Shown piece after piece: positions 1 to 9,740 of a stretch of DNA of 64,000 bases. The stretch is from an uncultured Muribaculaceae bacterium. Lineage in GTDB: Bacteria; Bacteroidota; Bacteroidia; Bacteroidales; Muribaculaceae. The position numbers were made by a program, and so were the translations under genes. The number at the start of each line of letters is the position of its first letter. The stretch's first letter is position 1. The notes under the pieces are model-generated. The model did not search any database, was not told the DNA's origin, and saw only the letters and a program-made list of their open reading frames with translations. The stretch is from the NCBI GenBank assembly GCA_947632485.1, contig CANRPJ010000011.1, positions 17,852 to 81,851 of the forward strand, written 5' to 3'.

Positions 1-1
1 G

Positions 2-871
2 GAGATGGAGCGTGATGTAGTGATTGAAGAGATTAATTCTTACCGCGATAGTCCGGCCGATTCCGTTTTCGATGATTTCGAAGATCGTATCTACGCCGGC
101 AACGGCATGGGTCATAACATTCTGGGCTCTCCCGAATCGGTAAAGCGTCTTGTCGGAGCCGACTGCCGCTCCTTCCTCGACCGCTTCTATACCCCGGCCA
201 ATATGGTGGCCTATTGCATCGATGCCTCTCCCACGCAATCGGTAGAAAGGCTCCTTTCCAAACATCTCGGCCGGCTGCATCTTCCCGGTAGCGGTCCCCG
301 GCGCATAGAGCCTCAACTGCTTCCTGAATTTGATATTGTAGAAGACCGCAGCGGCCATCAGGCTCACACAATCCTTGGAGTCCGCACTTTCAGCCGCAGA
401 GATCCGAGGCGCTTCGCTCTTTATCTGTTGAATAATTACATTGGCGGGCCTGGAATGAACTCCCGCCTTAACCGCGAGCTCCGTGACAAACGCGGGTATG
501 TCTACACAGTAGAGAGCATCGTGGCCTTGATGAGCGACTGTGGCCTCTTTCAGGTGTACTTCGGCAGCGACCGCTCGAAAATGGATACCTGCATCCGCCT
601 TGTCCTTAACGAGCTCAGGAGGCTGGCTGAATCGCCGCTCAAACCCTCTGCGCTTGAAGCGGCCAAACGCCAGTACTGCGGCCAGCTGATGGTGAGCACC
701 GATAATCGCGAAGCAGTAGCAATGTCGCTTGGAAAATCGCTCCTCCACCACGACTGCGTACAGACCGCTTCCATGACCGCAGAGAGAATAAAAGACGTGC
801 AGGCTGAAGAAGTGAGAGTTTTAGCCGAAGAAATGCTTAATTCCGGTCTTTCGCGCCTCACAATTTGCTGA
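2..871 (+). CDS. M16 family (pitrilysin-like) zinc peptidase, 5' end outside window
   Basis: Frame is open from the window edge. ERDVVIEEI, HNILG, NNYIGGPGMNSRLNRELRDKRGYVY and GLFQVY are typical of M16 peptidases. Confidence 0.88.
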   Translation, partial: EMERDVVIEEINSYRDSPADSVFDDFEDRIYAGNGMGHNILGSPESVKRLVGADCRSFLDRFYTPANMVAYCIDASPTQSVERLLSKHLGRLHLPGSGPRRIEPQLLPEFDIVEDRSGHQAHTILGVRTFSRRDPRRFALYLLNNYIGGPGMNSRLNRELRDKRGYVYTVESIVALMSDCGLFQVYFGSDRSKMDTCIRLVLNELRRLAESPLKPSALEAAKRQYCGQLMVSTDNREAVAMSLGKSLLHHDCVQTASMTAERIKDVQAEEVRVLAEEMLNSGLSRLTIC

Positions 872-908
872 ACATTTGCTACTTTTGCTCTTCCAAACGA
901 GCAGACCC

Positions 909-1889
909 ATGAAGATAGGCACAGTCAATCTGGGCGAGCGTCCCGTGATGCTGGCACCCATGGAAGATGTCACGGACCCCTCTTTCCGACTGATTTGTCG
1001 GGAGATGGGGGCGCGTATGGTCTATACGGAGTTCGTATCGGCCGAGGCTCTTGTGCGCGATATTCCCTCCACTGTGCGCAAACTGATCATCAACGATGCC
1101 GAGCGCCCCGTAGCCATTCAGATCTACGGACGCGATGTCGAGGCCATGGTCGGGGCCGCTAAGATTGTAGAGAGCGTAAATCCTGATGTAATCGACATTA
1201 ACTTCGGCTGTCCGGTAAAGAAAGTGGCAGGAAAAGGAGCGGGAGCAGGAATGCTGCGCAATGTGCCTCTTATGCTCGAGATTACGCGCAAGGTGGTAGA
1301 AGCCGTCAGTGTGCCTGTCACGGCTAAGACCCGCCTCGGCTGGGACGCCAACTCAAAAATAATCTGCCAGCTGGGTCTTCAGCTTCAGGATTGCGGAATA
1401 AAAGCCCTCACGGTTCATGGCCGCACGCGTAGCCAGATGTATACCGGTGAGGCCGACTGGACCCTTATCGGTGAGCTCAAGGCCAATCCTGATATGGAGA
1501 TACCCGTGATCGGCAATGGTGATATAACTACTGCGCAAGGCGCCGTAGATGCCTTCGATAGGTACGGGGTAGATGGCGTAATGGTTGGTCGTGGTGCGAT
1601 TGGAGCGCCGTGGGTATTCCGGGATATTGCGGCCGCCGTAGAAGGGCGTGAAGGCATAGCTACACCGTCTTCCGAGCGCTTCTCGATTCTGCGCCGACAG
1701 ATTCGAGAGAGCATAGCCCGGACTGACGAATACCGGGGAATCCTCCACATCCGGCGCCACCTCGCTGCCTCGCCGCTCTTCAAGGGATTGCCGGATTTCC
1801 GTCAGACCCGCATAAGAATGCTCAGAGCGGAAACTGAGCAAGAACTTCACGAAATCTTCGATGAAATCGCGGAAAAATATTTTCAATAA
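909..1889 (+). CDS. dusB: tRNA-dihydrouridine synthase DusB
   Basis: LAPMEDVTD, DINFGCP, GAGAGML, VHGRT and GNGDI motifs. The ATG at 909 (MKIGTV) is preferred over the upstream start. Confidence 0.95.
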   Translation: MKIGTVNLGERPVMLAPMEDVTDPSFRLICREMGARMVYTEFVSAEALVRDIPSTVRKLIINDAERPVAIQIYGRDVEAMVGAAKIVESVNPDVIDINFGCPVKKVAGKGAGAGMLRNVPLMLEITRKVVEAVSVPVTAKTRLGWDANSKIICQLGLQLQDCGIKALTVHGRTRSQMYTGEADWTLIGELKANPDMEIPVIGNGDITTAQGAVDAFDRYGVDGVMVGRGAIGAPWVFRDIAAAVEGREGIATPSSERFSILRRQIRESIARTDEYRGILHIRRHLAASPLFKGLPDFRQTRIRMLRAETEQELHEIFDEIAEKYFQ

Positions 1890-1912
1890 TTCTCATTCAG
1901 ATCAATCAGAGC

Positions 1913-2668
1913 ATGAAATTTCCAATCCTCCTGGCCTCAGCTTTAGCAGCCCTCTGTACAGCCAACCTTCACGCCGATGACTATTCTGTGAAGGTAGGTT
2001 CGTTCAGCAAGCTCTCGGTCACCGATAATGTCAACGTAGTCTATCGCGTGAATCCTGATTCAGTAGGCTATGCCTGGTTCAGCGGCGACCCACAGTTTGC
2101 CGATGCTTTCATCTTCACCAACAAGGGAGGATCGCTAAGGATTCAGGTTAATACCGACGATGTAAATAACCCCGGCCTCCCTACAGTATTTCTCTCATCG
2201 GAATTTCTCGTAGAGGTTAAAAATTCCTCTATCAAGGAATTGCGTGTCGAGAGCCTGTCGCCCGGCATAGATTTCAAGGCTACCCAGATCGGCAACGGTA
2301 AGGTTGTGGTCAACGGAATCAAGGCCGGAAAAGTAGATGGCACACTCAACACGGGCAACGGCACCGTGGTGCTGACCGGGCAATGCGAAACAGCCAGACT
2401 TAAACTTGTCGGTACCGGACTCATACAGGCCGACGGACTGAAGGCGCAGGAAGTGAAATGTCAGATTCTGGGTAGCGGCAACATCGGCTGCTGGCCTGTA
2501 GAAGCTCTCAACGCAATGGGAATCGGCTCGACCAAAATATATTACAAAGGCGATCCGAAAACCGTGAAGAAGAGCGGAGGAGGCAAGCTATTCCGGCTCG
2601 ACAGCGCCGATGTGTCCGAGTGGGACTCTGTAGCCACTGAATCCGATTCCGACGACGCCGCCGACTGA
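1913..2668 (+). CDS. secreted head GIN-domain (DUF2807-like) beta-helix protein
   Basis: Signal peptide, repeated GxGxI/V turns (GNGKV, GNGTV, GTGLI, GSGNI, GSTKIYYKGDP) and an acidic tail. Confidence 0.8.
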   Translation: MKFPILLASALAALCTANLHADDYSVKVGSFSKLSVTDNVNVVYRVNPDSVGYAWFSGDPQFADAFIFTNKGGSLRIQVNTDDVNNPGLPTVFLSSEFLVEVKNSSIKELRVESLSPGIDFKATQIGNGKVVVNGIKAGKVDGTLNTGNGTVVLTGQCETARLKLVGTGLIQADGLKAQEVKCQILGSGNIGCWPVEALNAMGIGSTKIYYKGDPKTVKKSGGGKLFRLDSADVSEWDSVATESDSDDAAD

Positions 2669-2676
2669 TCTCTGCC

Positions 2677-4152
2677 ATGCCTGAAGAGAGCCGCCCGACC
2701 CGGCCGGGACTCAAGCTGATCACCGCACGCACGCTCAAATGGAACACCATCGACCGCGTGGCGTCGCAGGTGCTCTACGCCGTAGTGGGCATCGTGCTCG
2801 CCAATGTGCTCTCGCAGGAAGACTTCGGCCTCGTAGGCGTAATCATCGTATTTCAGGCCTTTGCCATATTATTTGTCGACAGCGGATTCGGAGCCGCCCT
2901 GTTGCAGAAGAAAAACTGCGATGAGGCCGACTATTCTACCGTGTTCTGGTTCAATCTCGGAGTCAGCGTAGCCGTATATTGGATTCTCTTCTTCTGCGCG
3001 CCTCTGATTGCCGATATTTTTCAAGGAGACCGGAGGCTGATACCTCTATCGCGGGTCATGTTCCTCTCCTTCATTCTCAACGGTCTGGGCATTGTTCAGA
3101 CCAACCGCCTGATGAAGAAGATGGACGTTAAGCAGGTCACGATCGCCAACGTCGTAGGCCTCACCGTGTCCGGCGGCCTCGCCATGGGGCTTGCCCTGGG
3201 AGGATTCGGAGCCTGGGCGCTCGTGTGGCAGACAGTGGCTCTGGGAGCCGTAAAGACCGGCTGGCTATGGATCACGGGAGGTTGGTATCCACGCCTGCGC
3301 TTCAGCCGCGAGAGCCTCAGAAGCATCTGGAGAATAGGAATGAGCGTGTTCTCAAGCAGCTTGCTCAATACCATCTGCCTCAACATCTACAACTTCGTGA
3401 TCGGCGCCTTCTATAATCTGCGCGCACTCGGAGTCTACACTCAGGCTGACAAGTGGAGCAAAATGGGAAGCGCTTCAATATCGCAGGTGCTTACGGCTAC
3501 CTTCGTGCCGTTATTGGCCCGGTTTCAAGACAATAGGGCTGATTTCCACCGGTATATGGGAAGAATCAACCGCTTTGCCGCATTCATAACGTTTCCCGCC
3601 CTCGGGGCCCTGATTATTCTGGCGGAACCTATCTTCCACCTCCTCTTAGGCCATAAATGGGACGCATCTATCCCCCTCTTCCAGATTCTCTGCGTGAGAG
3701 GAATATTTGTAGTCCTTATATCGCTGATCAACAATTATATCCTCGCTCTGGGAAAAGCGCGGCTGCTCATGACTGTTGAGATCGTGAAAGATGCCCTCAC
3801 CGCCGCGGCCATTTTCTCTACAATATGGTTCGGATCAGTTGAGCTGCTCGTGTGGGGACAGATGGGTGCCTCAGCTCTCACGTTCGCATTCGTGATTGCG
3901 TTGGGCTGCCGCGCCACCGGCTATTCCCTTTCAAGATTTCTGCTGGATCTTATGCCCTACTGCGCTCTCAGCATGGCCGCTATGGCAGCCGCCTCCGGGC
4001 TCTTCTTCCTGCTCCATGCCCCGGCGCTGCGTATCCTTGCCGGACTTTCACTCGGCGCCGTTATCTATTGGGGAGTGCTGAAAATAGCGGGATCCGTCAC
4101 TCTGGCTGACGCTGAAGAGTATCTTCTGGGGCGCTTTCGGCGTCGGACTTAG
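2677..4152 (+). CDS. polysaccharide flippase (WzxC-like lipopolysaccharide biosynthesis protein)
   Basis: Polytopic membrane protein with LSQEDFGLVG, DSGFGAALLQKK and LGVYTQADKWS, typical of MOP-family flippases. Confidence 0.88.
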   Translation: MPEESRPTRPGLKLITARTLKWNTIDRVASQVLYAVVGIVLANVLSQEDFGLVGVIIVFQAFAILFVDSGFGAALLQKKNCDEADYSTVFWFNLGVSVAVYWILFFCAPLIADIFQGDRRLIPLSRVMFLSFILNGLGIVQTNRLMKKMDVKQVTIANVVGLTVSGGLAMGLALGGFGAWALVWQTVALGAVKTGWLWITGGWYPRLRFSRESLRSIWRIGMSVFSSSLLNTICLNIYNFVIGAFYNLRALGVYTQADKWSKMGSASISQVLTATFVPLLARFQDNRADFHRYMGRINRFAAFITFPALGALIILAEPIFHLLLGHKWDASIPLFQILCVRGIFVVLISLINNYILALGKARLLMTVEIVKDALTAAAIFSTIWFGSVELLVWGQMGASALTFAFVIALGCRATGYSLSRFLLDLMPYCALSMAAMAAASGLFFLLHAPALRILAGLSLGAVIYWGVLKIAGSVTLADAEEYLLGRFRRRT

Positions 4153-5041
4153 CCGCACGGCTCTTCGTAACCAGAAATACTCCTGAGAATATCAGCACCA
4201 CTGCAAGCGCCTTCACCAGCGTGAATCTGTCGAGTCCGAGATATACGCCCACCAGCGAGGCCACGATAGGCTGCACGTAATTGTACATTCCCACCAGCGT
4301 AGGGCGAAGCCTCTTCTGCCCTATAGCTATGCAGATATAGGCCAGGAAAGTGGCAAATACGACCACATAGGCCGAACCCAGCAATTCGGGAGCCGTAACA
4401 GCACTCCAATCCGTAGCCAGATAGGCGGGAAAAGAGCCACAGATCATGGCTATAGCAGCAAAGGTAAACATCCATTTCATCACTGAGATTACAGAATATC
4501 TCACGATGATACCCTTATAAAGCGTAAGATACAAGGCATAGCATATCTGCGCGCCCCAAACCAGCAGGTCGCCAAGAAGAGGATTATCACCGCCCTGAGC
4601 CAGGTTGCCTCCCTCATACACGAGTATGAGCGCTCCGCAGGCGCCTACGGCGATACCGCCGCCCTTAAGCCAGGTGATCGGCTCCTTCAGAAACAAAGCT
4701 GCCAGAAGCATCACCCAGATTGGCGATGTGGTGGTGATTATCGATGCCTCTCCAGGGGAGGTGAAGCTCACACCGAAGATATAACCGCCCTGATTGAGCA
4801 CAATGCCGAGCAGTCCGGCGCCCGCCAGTAGGATTATATCTTTCCGGGCCATCTTCTCCGGCTTAGAGAAAAGCGAGGCTATCCAGAAAAGCACGGCAGC
4901 GCCTACTATCCTGAAATTGGTCAGGAGCAGCGGTGTGATGATGCCAGCAGCCATCACGAGTTTTCCCACAGGCGCCATCAGCCCCCATGAGGCCGTAGCG
5001 CAGAAGAGAGCCAGATGGCCCCATATTTTGGAATTCTTCAT
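4097..5041 (-). CDS. DMT/EamA family transporter
   Basis: About 10 TM helices in two EamA repeats. Start placed at MKNSKIWG. The 3' end overlaps the convergent flippase by 56 nt. Confidence 0.88.
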   Translation of the reverse strand: MKNSKIWGHLALFCATASWGLMAPVGKLVMAAGIITPLLLTNFRIVGAAVLFWIASLFSKPEKMARKDIILLAGAGLLGIVLNQGGYIFGVSFTSPGEASIITTTSPIWVMLLAALFLKEPITWLKGGGIAVGACGALILVYEGGNLAQGGDNPLLGDLLVWGAQICYALYLTLYKGIIVRYSVISVMKWMFTFAAIAMICGSFPAYLATDWSAVTAPELLGSAYVVVFATFLAYICIAIGQKRLRPTLVGMYNYVQPIVASLVGVYLGLDRFTLVKALAVVLIFSGVFLVTKSRAAKSDAESAPEDTLQRQPE

Positions 5042-5105
5042 ATCTTTTTCTTCACGCAACTGCTAATTAACGCAATTGGCTGCCGTTTTCGTGTGCGGCT
5101 TCGTG

Positions 5106-5138
5106 AAAAGGGCCGCAGGCATTTCGGCCTGCGACCCC
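5106..5138 (-). terminator. intrinsic terminator of pckA
   Basis: Minus strand reads GGGTCGCAGGC-cgaaat-GCCTGCGGCCC followed by TTTT. Confidence 0.8.
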
Positions 5139-5172
5139 CTCTTCATTATTATGGATCTTAAATTCTCTCTTT

Positions 5173-6777
5173 TCAGAGCTGAGGACCGGCTGCCACAAGA
5201 GCCTTGCCGGCTTCATTGTTCTCAAACTTCTTGAAGTTTGCGATAAACTTCTCAGCCAGAGCCTTAGCCTTATTATCCCATTCAGCGGGATCAGCATAGG
5301 TGTCGCGCGGATCGAGAATCTTCGGGTCTACTCCGGGCAGCTCAGTCGGCACTACGAAGTTGAAGTAAGGAATCGTCTTCGTCGGAGCCTTATCGATCGA
5401 GCCGTTGAGGATATCGTCGATGATGCCGCGTGTATCCTTGATGGAGATGCGCTTGCCGGTGCCGTTCCAGCCGGTGTTCACCAAATAAGCGTGAGCGCCG
5501 CTCTTCTGCATTCTCTTCACGAGCTCCTCGGCATATTTGGTCGGGTGGAGCGAGAGGAATGCCTGGCCGAAGCAAGCGGAGAAAGTCGGGGTCGGCTCGG
5601 TGATGCCGCGCTCCGTACCTGCGAGCTTCGAGGTGTAGCCGGAGAGGAAGTAATACTTAGCCTGCTCGTCGGTAAGCAGCGATACCGGAGGAAGCACTCC
5701 GTAGGCATCGGCGCTCAGGAAGATCACGCAAGTGGCAGCCGGGCCCTTCGATACCGGCTTCACGATATTTTTGATATGATCGATCGGGTAGGATACGCGG
5801 GTATTCTCCGTCACGCTCTTGTCAGCGAAATCGGGCTTGCCATCGGCACCTACGGTCACATTCTCCAACAGCGCGTCGCGGCGGATTGCGTTGTAGATGT
5901 CAGGCTCGCTATCCTTGTCGAGGTTGATCACCTTGGCATAGCAGCCGCCCTCATAGTTGAATACGCCGTCGTCGTCCCAGCCGTGCTCGTCGTCGCCGAT
6001 CAGCTTACGCTTCGGATCGGTAGAGAGAGTGGTCTTGCCCGTACCGGAGAGGCCGAAGAAGATAGCGGTCTCGGTCTCGTCCATGTTGGTGTTGGCAGAG
6101 CAGTGCATCGAAGCGATGCCGCGCAGCGGGTTGAAGTAGTTCATCATCGAGAAGAGACCCTTCTTCATCTCGCCGCCATACCAGGTGTTGAGGATCACCT
6201 GCTGACGCTCCTTGATATTGAAGGCCACTACAGTCTCAGAGTGCAGACCGAGCTCCTTATAGTCTTCTACCTTAGCCTTCGAAGCGTTGAACACTACGAA
6301 ATCAGGCTTAAACGACTCCAGCTCCTCCTTGCTCGGACGGATAAACATATTCGTCACGAAGTGAGCCTGCCAAGCCACCTCCATGATGAAGCGCACGCAG
6401 AGGCGGGTAGCGGGGTTAGCGCCGCAGTAGCAGTCTACTACGTAGAGCGTCTTGTCAGAGAGCTCCTTCACGGCCTTCTCGCGAAGCTTATCCCATACCT
6501 CGGTGGTGATAGGCTTGTTGTCGTTCTTATATTCGTCTGTGGTCCACCATACGGTATTCTCGCTTACCTCGTCTTTCACGAGATATTTATCTTTAGGCGA
6601 GCGACCCGTATAGACACCGGTCATCACGTTGACAGCACCGAGATCCGTCAGGAAGCCTTTTTCGTAGCCCGTCAGGTCCGGAGCCATCTCGTCTTTGTAC
6701 ATTTCATCGTAGGAAGGATTGTAGATCACCTTCTTTACGTCCTTGATCCCATACTGGGAAAGATCGATATTGGCCAT
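5173..6777 (-). CDS. pckA: phosphoenolpyruvate carboxykinase (ATP)
   Basis: [19 protein letters not shown]-loop [18 protein letters not shown] and YEGGCYAK motifs. Start at MANIDL. Confidence 0.97.
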   Translation of the reverse strand: MANIDLSQYGIKDVKKVIYNPSYDEMYKDEMAPDLTGYEKGFLTDLGAVNVMTGVYTGRSPKDKYLVKDEVSENTVWWTTDEYKNDNKPITTEVWDKLREKAVKELSDKTLYVVDCYCGANPATRLCVRFIMEVAWQAHFVTNMFIRPSKEELESFKPDFVVFNASKAKVEDYKELGLHSETVVAFNIKERQQVILNTWYGGEMKKGLFSMMNYFNPLRGIASMHCSANTNMDETETAIFFGLSGTGKTTLSTDPKRKLIGDDEHGWDDDGVFNYEGGCYAKVINLDKDSEPDIYNAIRRDALLENVTVGADGKPDFADKSVTENTRVSYPIDHIKNIVKPVSKGPAATCVIFLSADAYGVLPPVSLLTDEQAKYYFLSGYTSKLAGTERGITEPTPTFSACFGQAFLSLHPTKYAEELVKRMQKSGAHAYLVNTGWNGTGKRISIKDTRGIIDDILNGSIDKAPTKTIPYFNFVVPTELPGVDPKILDPRDTYADPAEWDNKAKALAEKFIANFKKFENNEAGKALVAAGPQL

Positions 6778-6885
6778 AGCTAATATACTGGTTTTTAATT
6801 GGGTTATCCGTATTCTTCTCACTATCCTCGCGCCTGCGCGCAGGAAGCTTCACATATTCAACAATCCTAAGGGGGATTGCGTTCA

Positions 6886-6893
6886 CAAAATTA
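6886..6893 (-). promoter_or_regulatory. Bacteroidetes sigma-A -7 element for pckA
   Basis: TAATTTTG on the minus strand matches TAnnTTTG, with TTG 20 nt upstream. Confidence 0.65.
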
Positions 6894-6960
6894 ACATTTT
6901 TTACCCGCCTCTGCAACTCTTTTCCGAAAAACCGACGCCGCAGCCGACTCTCTCCGGTCC

Positions 6961-7350
6961 TCAGAACTTCGTGCCCAGCCAATAGCCAAAAGCGCACGCC
7001 AGCAGACCGATGAACACCGTGGCGCTGCCAAACGCTATCCATATCGCTATATGCCCGCTCTCGAAATATTTCACGCAGTCGAGCGTAAACGAAGAAAACG
7101 TCGAGAAGCCTCCGCAGAAGCCCGTCATCATGATCAGCGTGAAGGTCGTCTTCTGCGGAAATTCCCAGGGAGCTATCAGAAGCCAGCCCGCGCAGAGGCC
7201 GATTATGAAGCAACCCAGCACATTGATTATAAGAGTGCCCATGCCCATCCACGCACCTTCGCTCCGCGTAAGCTGCTCTATCAGATAGCGGCAGATGGCG
7301 CCGATGCCGCCGCTAACCCCTACAAGCAATAGCTTCAAACAGATATTCAT
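6961..7350 (-). CDS. crcB: fluoride efflux channel CrcB/FluC
   Basis: GGIGAICRY, GTLIINVLGCFIIG and TGFCGGFSTFSSF signatures, 129 aa. Confidence 0.93.
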   Translation of the reverse strand: MNICLKLLLVGVSGGIGAICRYLIEQLTRSEGAWMGMGTLIINVLGCFIIGLCAGWLLIAPWEFPQKTTFTLIMMTGFCGGFSTFSSFTLDCVKYFESGHIAIWIAFGSATVFIGLLACAFGYWLGTKF

Positions 7351-7361
7351 AGCCTTCTAAG

Positions 7362-7401
7362 GAAAGAAAAGGGCGAAGCCTCTAAAGACCGCGCCCTTTT
7401 T
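7362..7401 (-). terminator. intrinsic terminator (possibly bidirectional) between the TPR gene and crcB
   Basis: AAAAGGGCG...CGCCCTTTT inverted repeat followed by TTTTCTTT on the minus strand. Confidence 0.7.
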
Positions 7402-7451
7402 CATAAAAATAAGCAATAGCGTTTTATTATTTTATGGAAAGTTCTTCCTCA

Positions 7452-8138
7452 TTATTTGCCGAGCCGGGCACGCTCACGCTCCGCGTAGGCCTCGATGGTC
7501 ATGCCGTTGCCAAGCACGAACTGCGGATAATCCTTCTGAATCTGCTCGTAGCAGCCCAGAGCCTTATCGTAGGCCTTCTGCTCATCGTATACGTTGGCCT
7601 CCTTCATCAGCACGCGCGGCACGATCTGCGGATTCTTATCCGCTGCCTTCACTGCTTTATTGTAGGCCTTCAGGGCATCGTCATATTTCTTCAGGTTCAC
7701 GTAGCAGTCGCCCTCCAGCACCAGTGCGTTGGCCTCAAGCACCGGATCGCCCGTGCTGAATTTCTTCGCATATTTGGCGGCCTCCTCATATTTGCCCATA
7801 TCGTAGAGGCGCTCGGCGGCGCTTAGGGCTGCCACATTGGAGGCACTCGTGCCTGAATACTTGTCGGCCACCTTCTTGAAGCCGTCGGCTGCCAGCGAAT
7901 CGTTGGCCAGAGCCGTGATTTCCACATTGTTGTAGGCTTCCCAGCTCTTGTTGAGGCGAGGATTGCGATAAATCAGCACATAGCCGATCACGAAGCAACC
8001 TACCAGCAGCACTGCGCCGATAGCCCAGAACACTGTCTTCTTATTGTCTGCTACCTTCTGGCCCGCCGATGTCAGACGGTTGTTGAGGTTCTCGATCGAG
8101 GAGCCCTGCTGCTCCTCCTCCTTATTTTGTTTTGCCAT
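7452..8138 (-). CDS. membrane-anchored tetratricopeptide repeat protein (YfgM-like)
   Basis: One N-terminal TM helix followed by TPR helices (GDCYVNLKKYDDALKAY, KAYDKALGCYEQI). Confidence 0.85.
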   Translation of the reverse strand: MAKQNKEEEQQGSSIENLNNRLTSAGQKVADNKKTVFWAIGAVLLVGCFVIGYVLIYRNPRLNKSWEAYNNVEITALANDSLAADGFKKVADKYSGTSASNVAALSAAERLYDMGKYEEAAKYAKKFSTGDPVLEANALVLEGDCYVNLKKYDDALKAYNKAVKAADKNPQIVPRVLMKEANVYDEQKAYDKALGCYEQIQKDYPQFVLGNGMTIEAYAERERARLGK

Positions 8139-8176
8139 TTTCGGAGGTTATTGTTTTTCGCTTGGTTTTCAGTCTG

Positions 8177-8184
8177 CAAATTTA
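8177..8184 (-). promoter_or_regulatory. sigma-A -7 element for the TPR gene
   Basis: TAAATTTG on the minus strand, 38 nt upstream of the ATG. Confidence 0.65.
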
Positions 8185-8271
8185 ACTCTTTTTCGGGAGC
8201 ATTGAAAATTTTGGCGCGCTTTTTAGTCAGCGGCGTAAAAATTGGTAATTTCGCGGTGCAATATCCTCCCT

Positions 8272-9723
8272 ATGGCCAGAAAGCAGAATCTGCAGATCGA
8301 TCAGAAAATCTCACAGCGCCTCACCCAGGCTCAGCTGCGCTTCGTGAAGCTTCTGGAGCTCAACGCTCCCGAGGCCGAGGAAGCCGTGGAGAAGGAGCTC
8401 GAAGATAATCCCGCGCTCGAGCTGGCCGACGACTCCGACGACCTCAGGCAGCACAATCTGACCGACGACGGCACGGAATTCCGGGAGACGGCGGCACAGA
8501 TGCAACGCGCCGACTATGCCGGCGACGACGAAGTGCCCTGGGAACCGGCCGCCGATTCCGACCCCTGGGCGGAAGGTTATCGCGCCGACACCTCCGAATC
8601 TCTCTACGATTACCTCAACTCACAGATTGACCAGAAGAAACTCCCGCCGCTCGTAGCCGTAACCGCCCACTATATAATAGGCAACCTCGACACCAACGGC
8701 TACCTGCGCCGCTCGCTCCCGGAGATTGTTGACGATATGGCTTTCGGCCCCGGTATCGACGTAGATATGGCCACCGCCAGAGAAGCTCTCGATGCCGTAA
8801 GAAGCCTCTACCCGCCCGGCGTAGGTGCCTCCGACCTGCGCGAATGCCTTATGCTTCAGCTCGAGGCGCTGCCGGCATCGCCCGTGCGCGACGACGCGCT
8901 CCGCGTGGCCCGCGAAGGCTTCGAGGAGTTTGCCCGGAAAAACACCCATCGCCTCGTCACTCTCCTCAAGATGCCCGCCGACCGGGTGCGCACCGCTATG
9001 GCGCTTCTCTCATCGCTCAATCCAAAGCCGGGGGCATCGATTGGTAGAGGAGAATCTGAGAAGGCTCCCGCGATAATACCCGATTTCATAGTCGATAATT
9101 CCGGCGGCGAGCTTTCCGTAACGCTCAACAACCGTATTCCCGAGCTCCGCATCAGCCGCAGCTTCGATCAGGCCGTGAAGGAGATGAATGCCAATGCCGA
9201 CCGCAAACGCACCGCCTCCGACGATTTCGTGCGTCTTAACTGGGCCTCCGCACGCGATTTTATCCGGGCTCTCCGCCAGCGTCAGGATACCCTCTTCGCG
9301 GTGATGACAGCCATTCTCGACATTCAGAAAGAGTTCTTCCTCACCGACGACCCGCGCCAGCTGAAGCCCATGGGCCTCAAAGACGTAGCAGCGCTCACCG
9401 GCTTCGATCCCTCCGTAATATCCAGGGCTACAGCCAATAAATACGCAGCCACATCAGGAGGCATCTTCCCCCTGCGCTATTTCTTCACCGATGCCGTGGC
9501 CTCAACTGATTCAGATGCCAAAGAAGGCGACGAGCCGACGCGCCGGCAGGCTGAAGAAGAGATTCAGGCGCTCGTAGAGGCAGAAGATAAGCGCCACCCT
9601 CTCAGCGATGAAGAAATCCGCGAAGCCCTCGTAGCGAAAGGCTTCGACCTCAGCCGCCGCACCGTAGCGAAATACCGCGACCGCCGCGGCATTCCCGTAG
9701 CCCGTCTCCGCAAGCAAATCTAA
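8272..9723 (+). CDS. rpoN: RNA polymerase sigma-54 factor
   Basis: Q/L-rich region I, ELEDNPALE, IIGNLDTNGYL, LNPKPG and the RpoN box SRRTVAKYR. Confidence 0.95.
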   Translation: MARKQNLQIDQKISQRLTQAQLRFVKLLELNAPEAEEAVEKELEDNPALELADDSDDLRQHNLTDDGTEFRETAAQMQRADYAGDDEVPWEPAADSDPWAEGYRADTSESLYDYLNSQIDQKKLPPLVAVTAHYIIGNLDTNGYLRRSLPEIVDDMAFGPGIDVDMATAREALDAVRSLYPPGVGASDLRECLMLQLEALPASPVRDDALRVAREGFEEFARKNTHRLVTLLKMPADRVRTAMALLSSLNPKPGASIGRGESEKAPAIIPDFIVDNSGGELSVTLNNRIPELRISRSFDQAVKEMNANADRKRTASDDFVRLNWASARDFIRALRQRQDTLFAVMTAILDIQKEFFLTDDPRQLKPMGLKDVAALTGFDPSVISRATANKYAATSGGIFPLRYFFTDAVASTDSDAKEGDEPTRRQAEEEIQALVEAEDKRHPLSDEEIREALVAKGFDLSRRTVAKYRDRRGIPVARLRKQI

Positions 9724-9740
9724 GATAGCCGGATTGACGA

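Noticed and set aside
5491-6783. Long antisense ORFs (e.g. 430 aa opposite pckA, 514 aa opposite pyrG, 380/328 aa opposite rnr, 363 aa opposite murC, 343 aa opposite purD)
   Set aside because: Shadow frames produced by high-GC codon bias on clearly assigned genes, with no recognisable motifs.
7402-7460. Canonical fluoride riboswitch upstream of crcB
   Set aside because: The conserved GGnGATG..CC 5' stem and the downstream TGATG..CTAC pseudoknot partner are not present.
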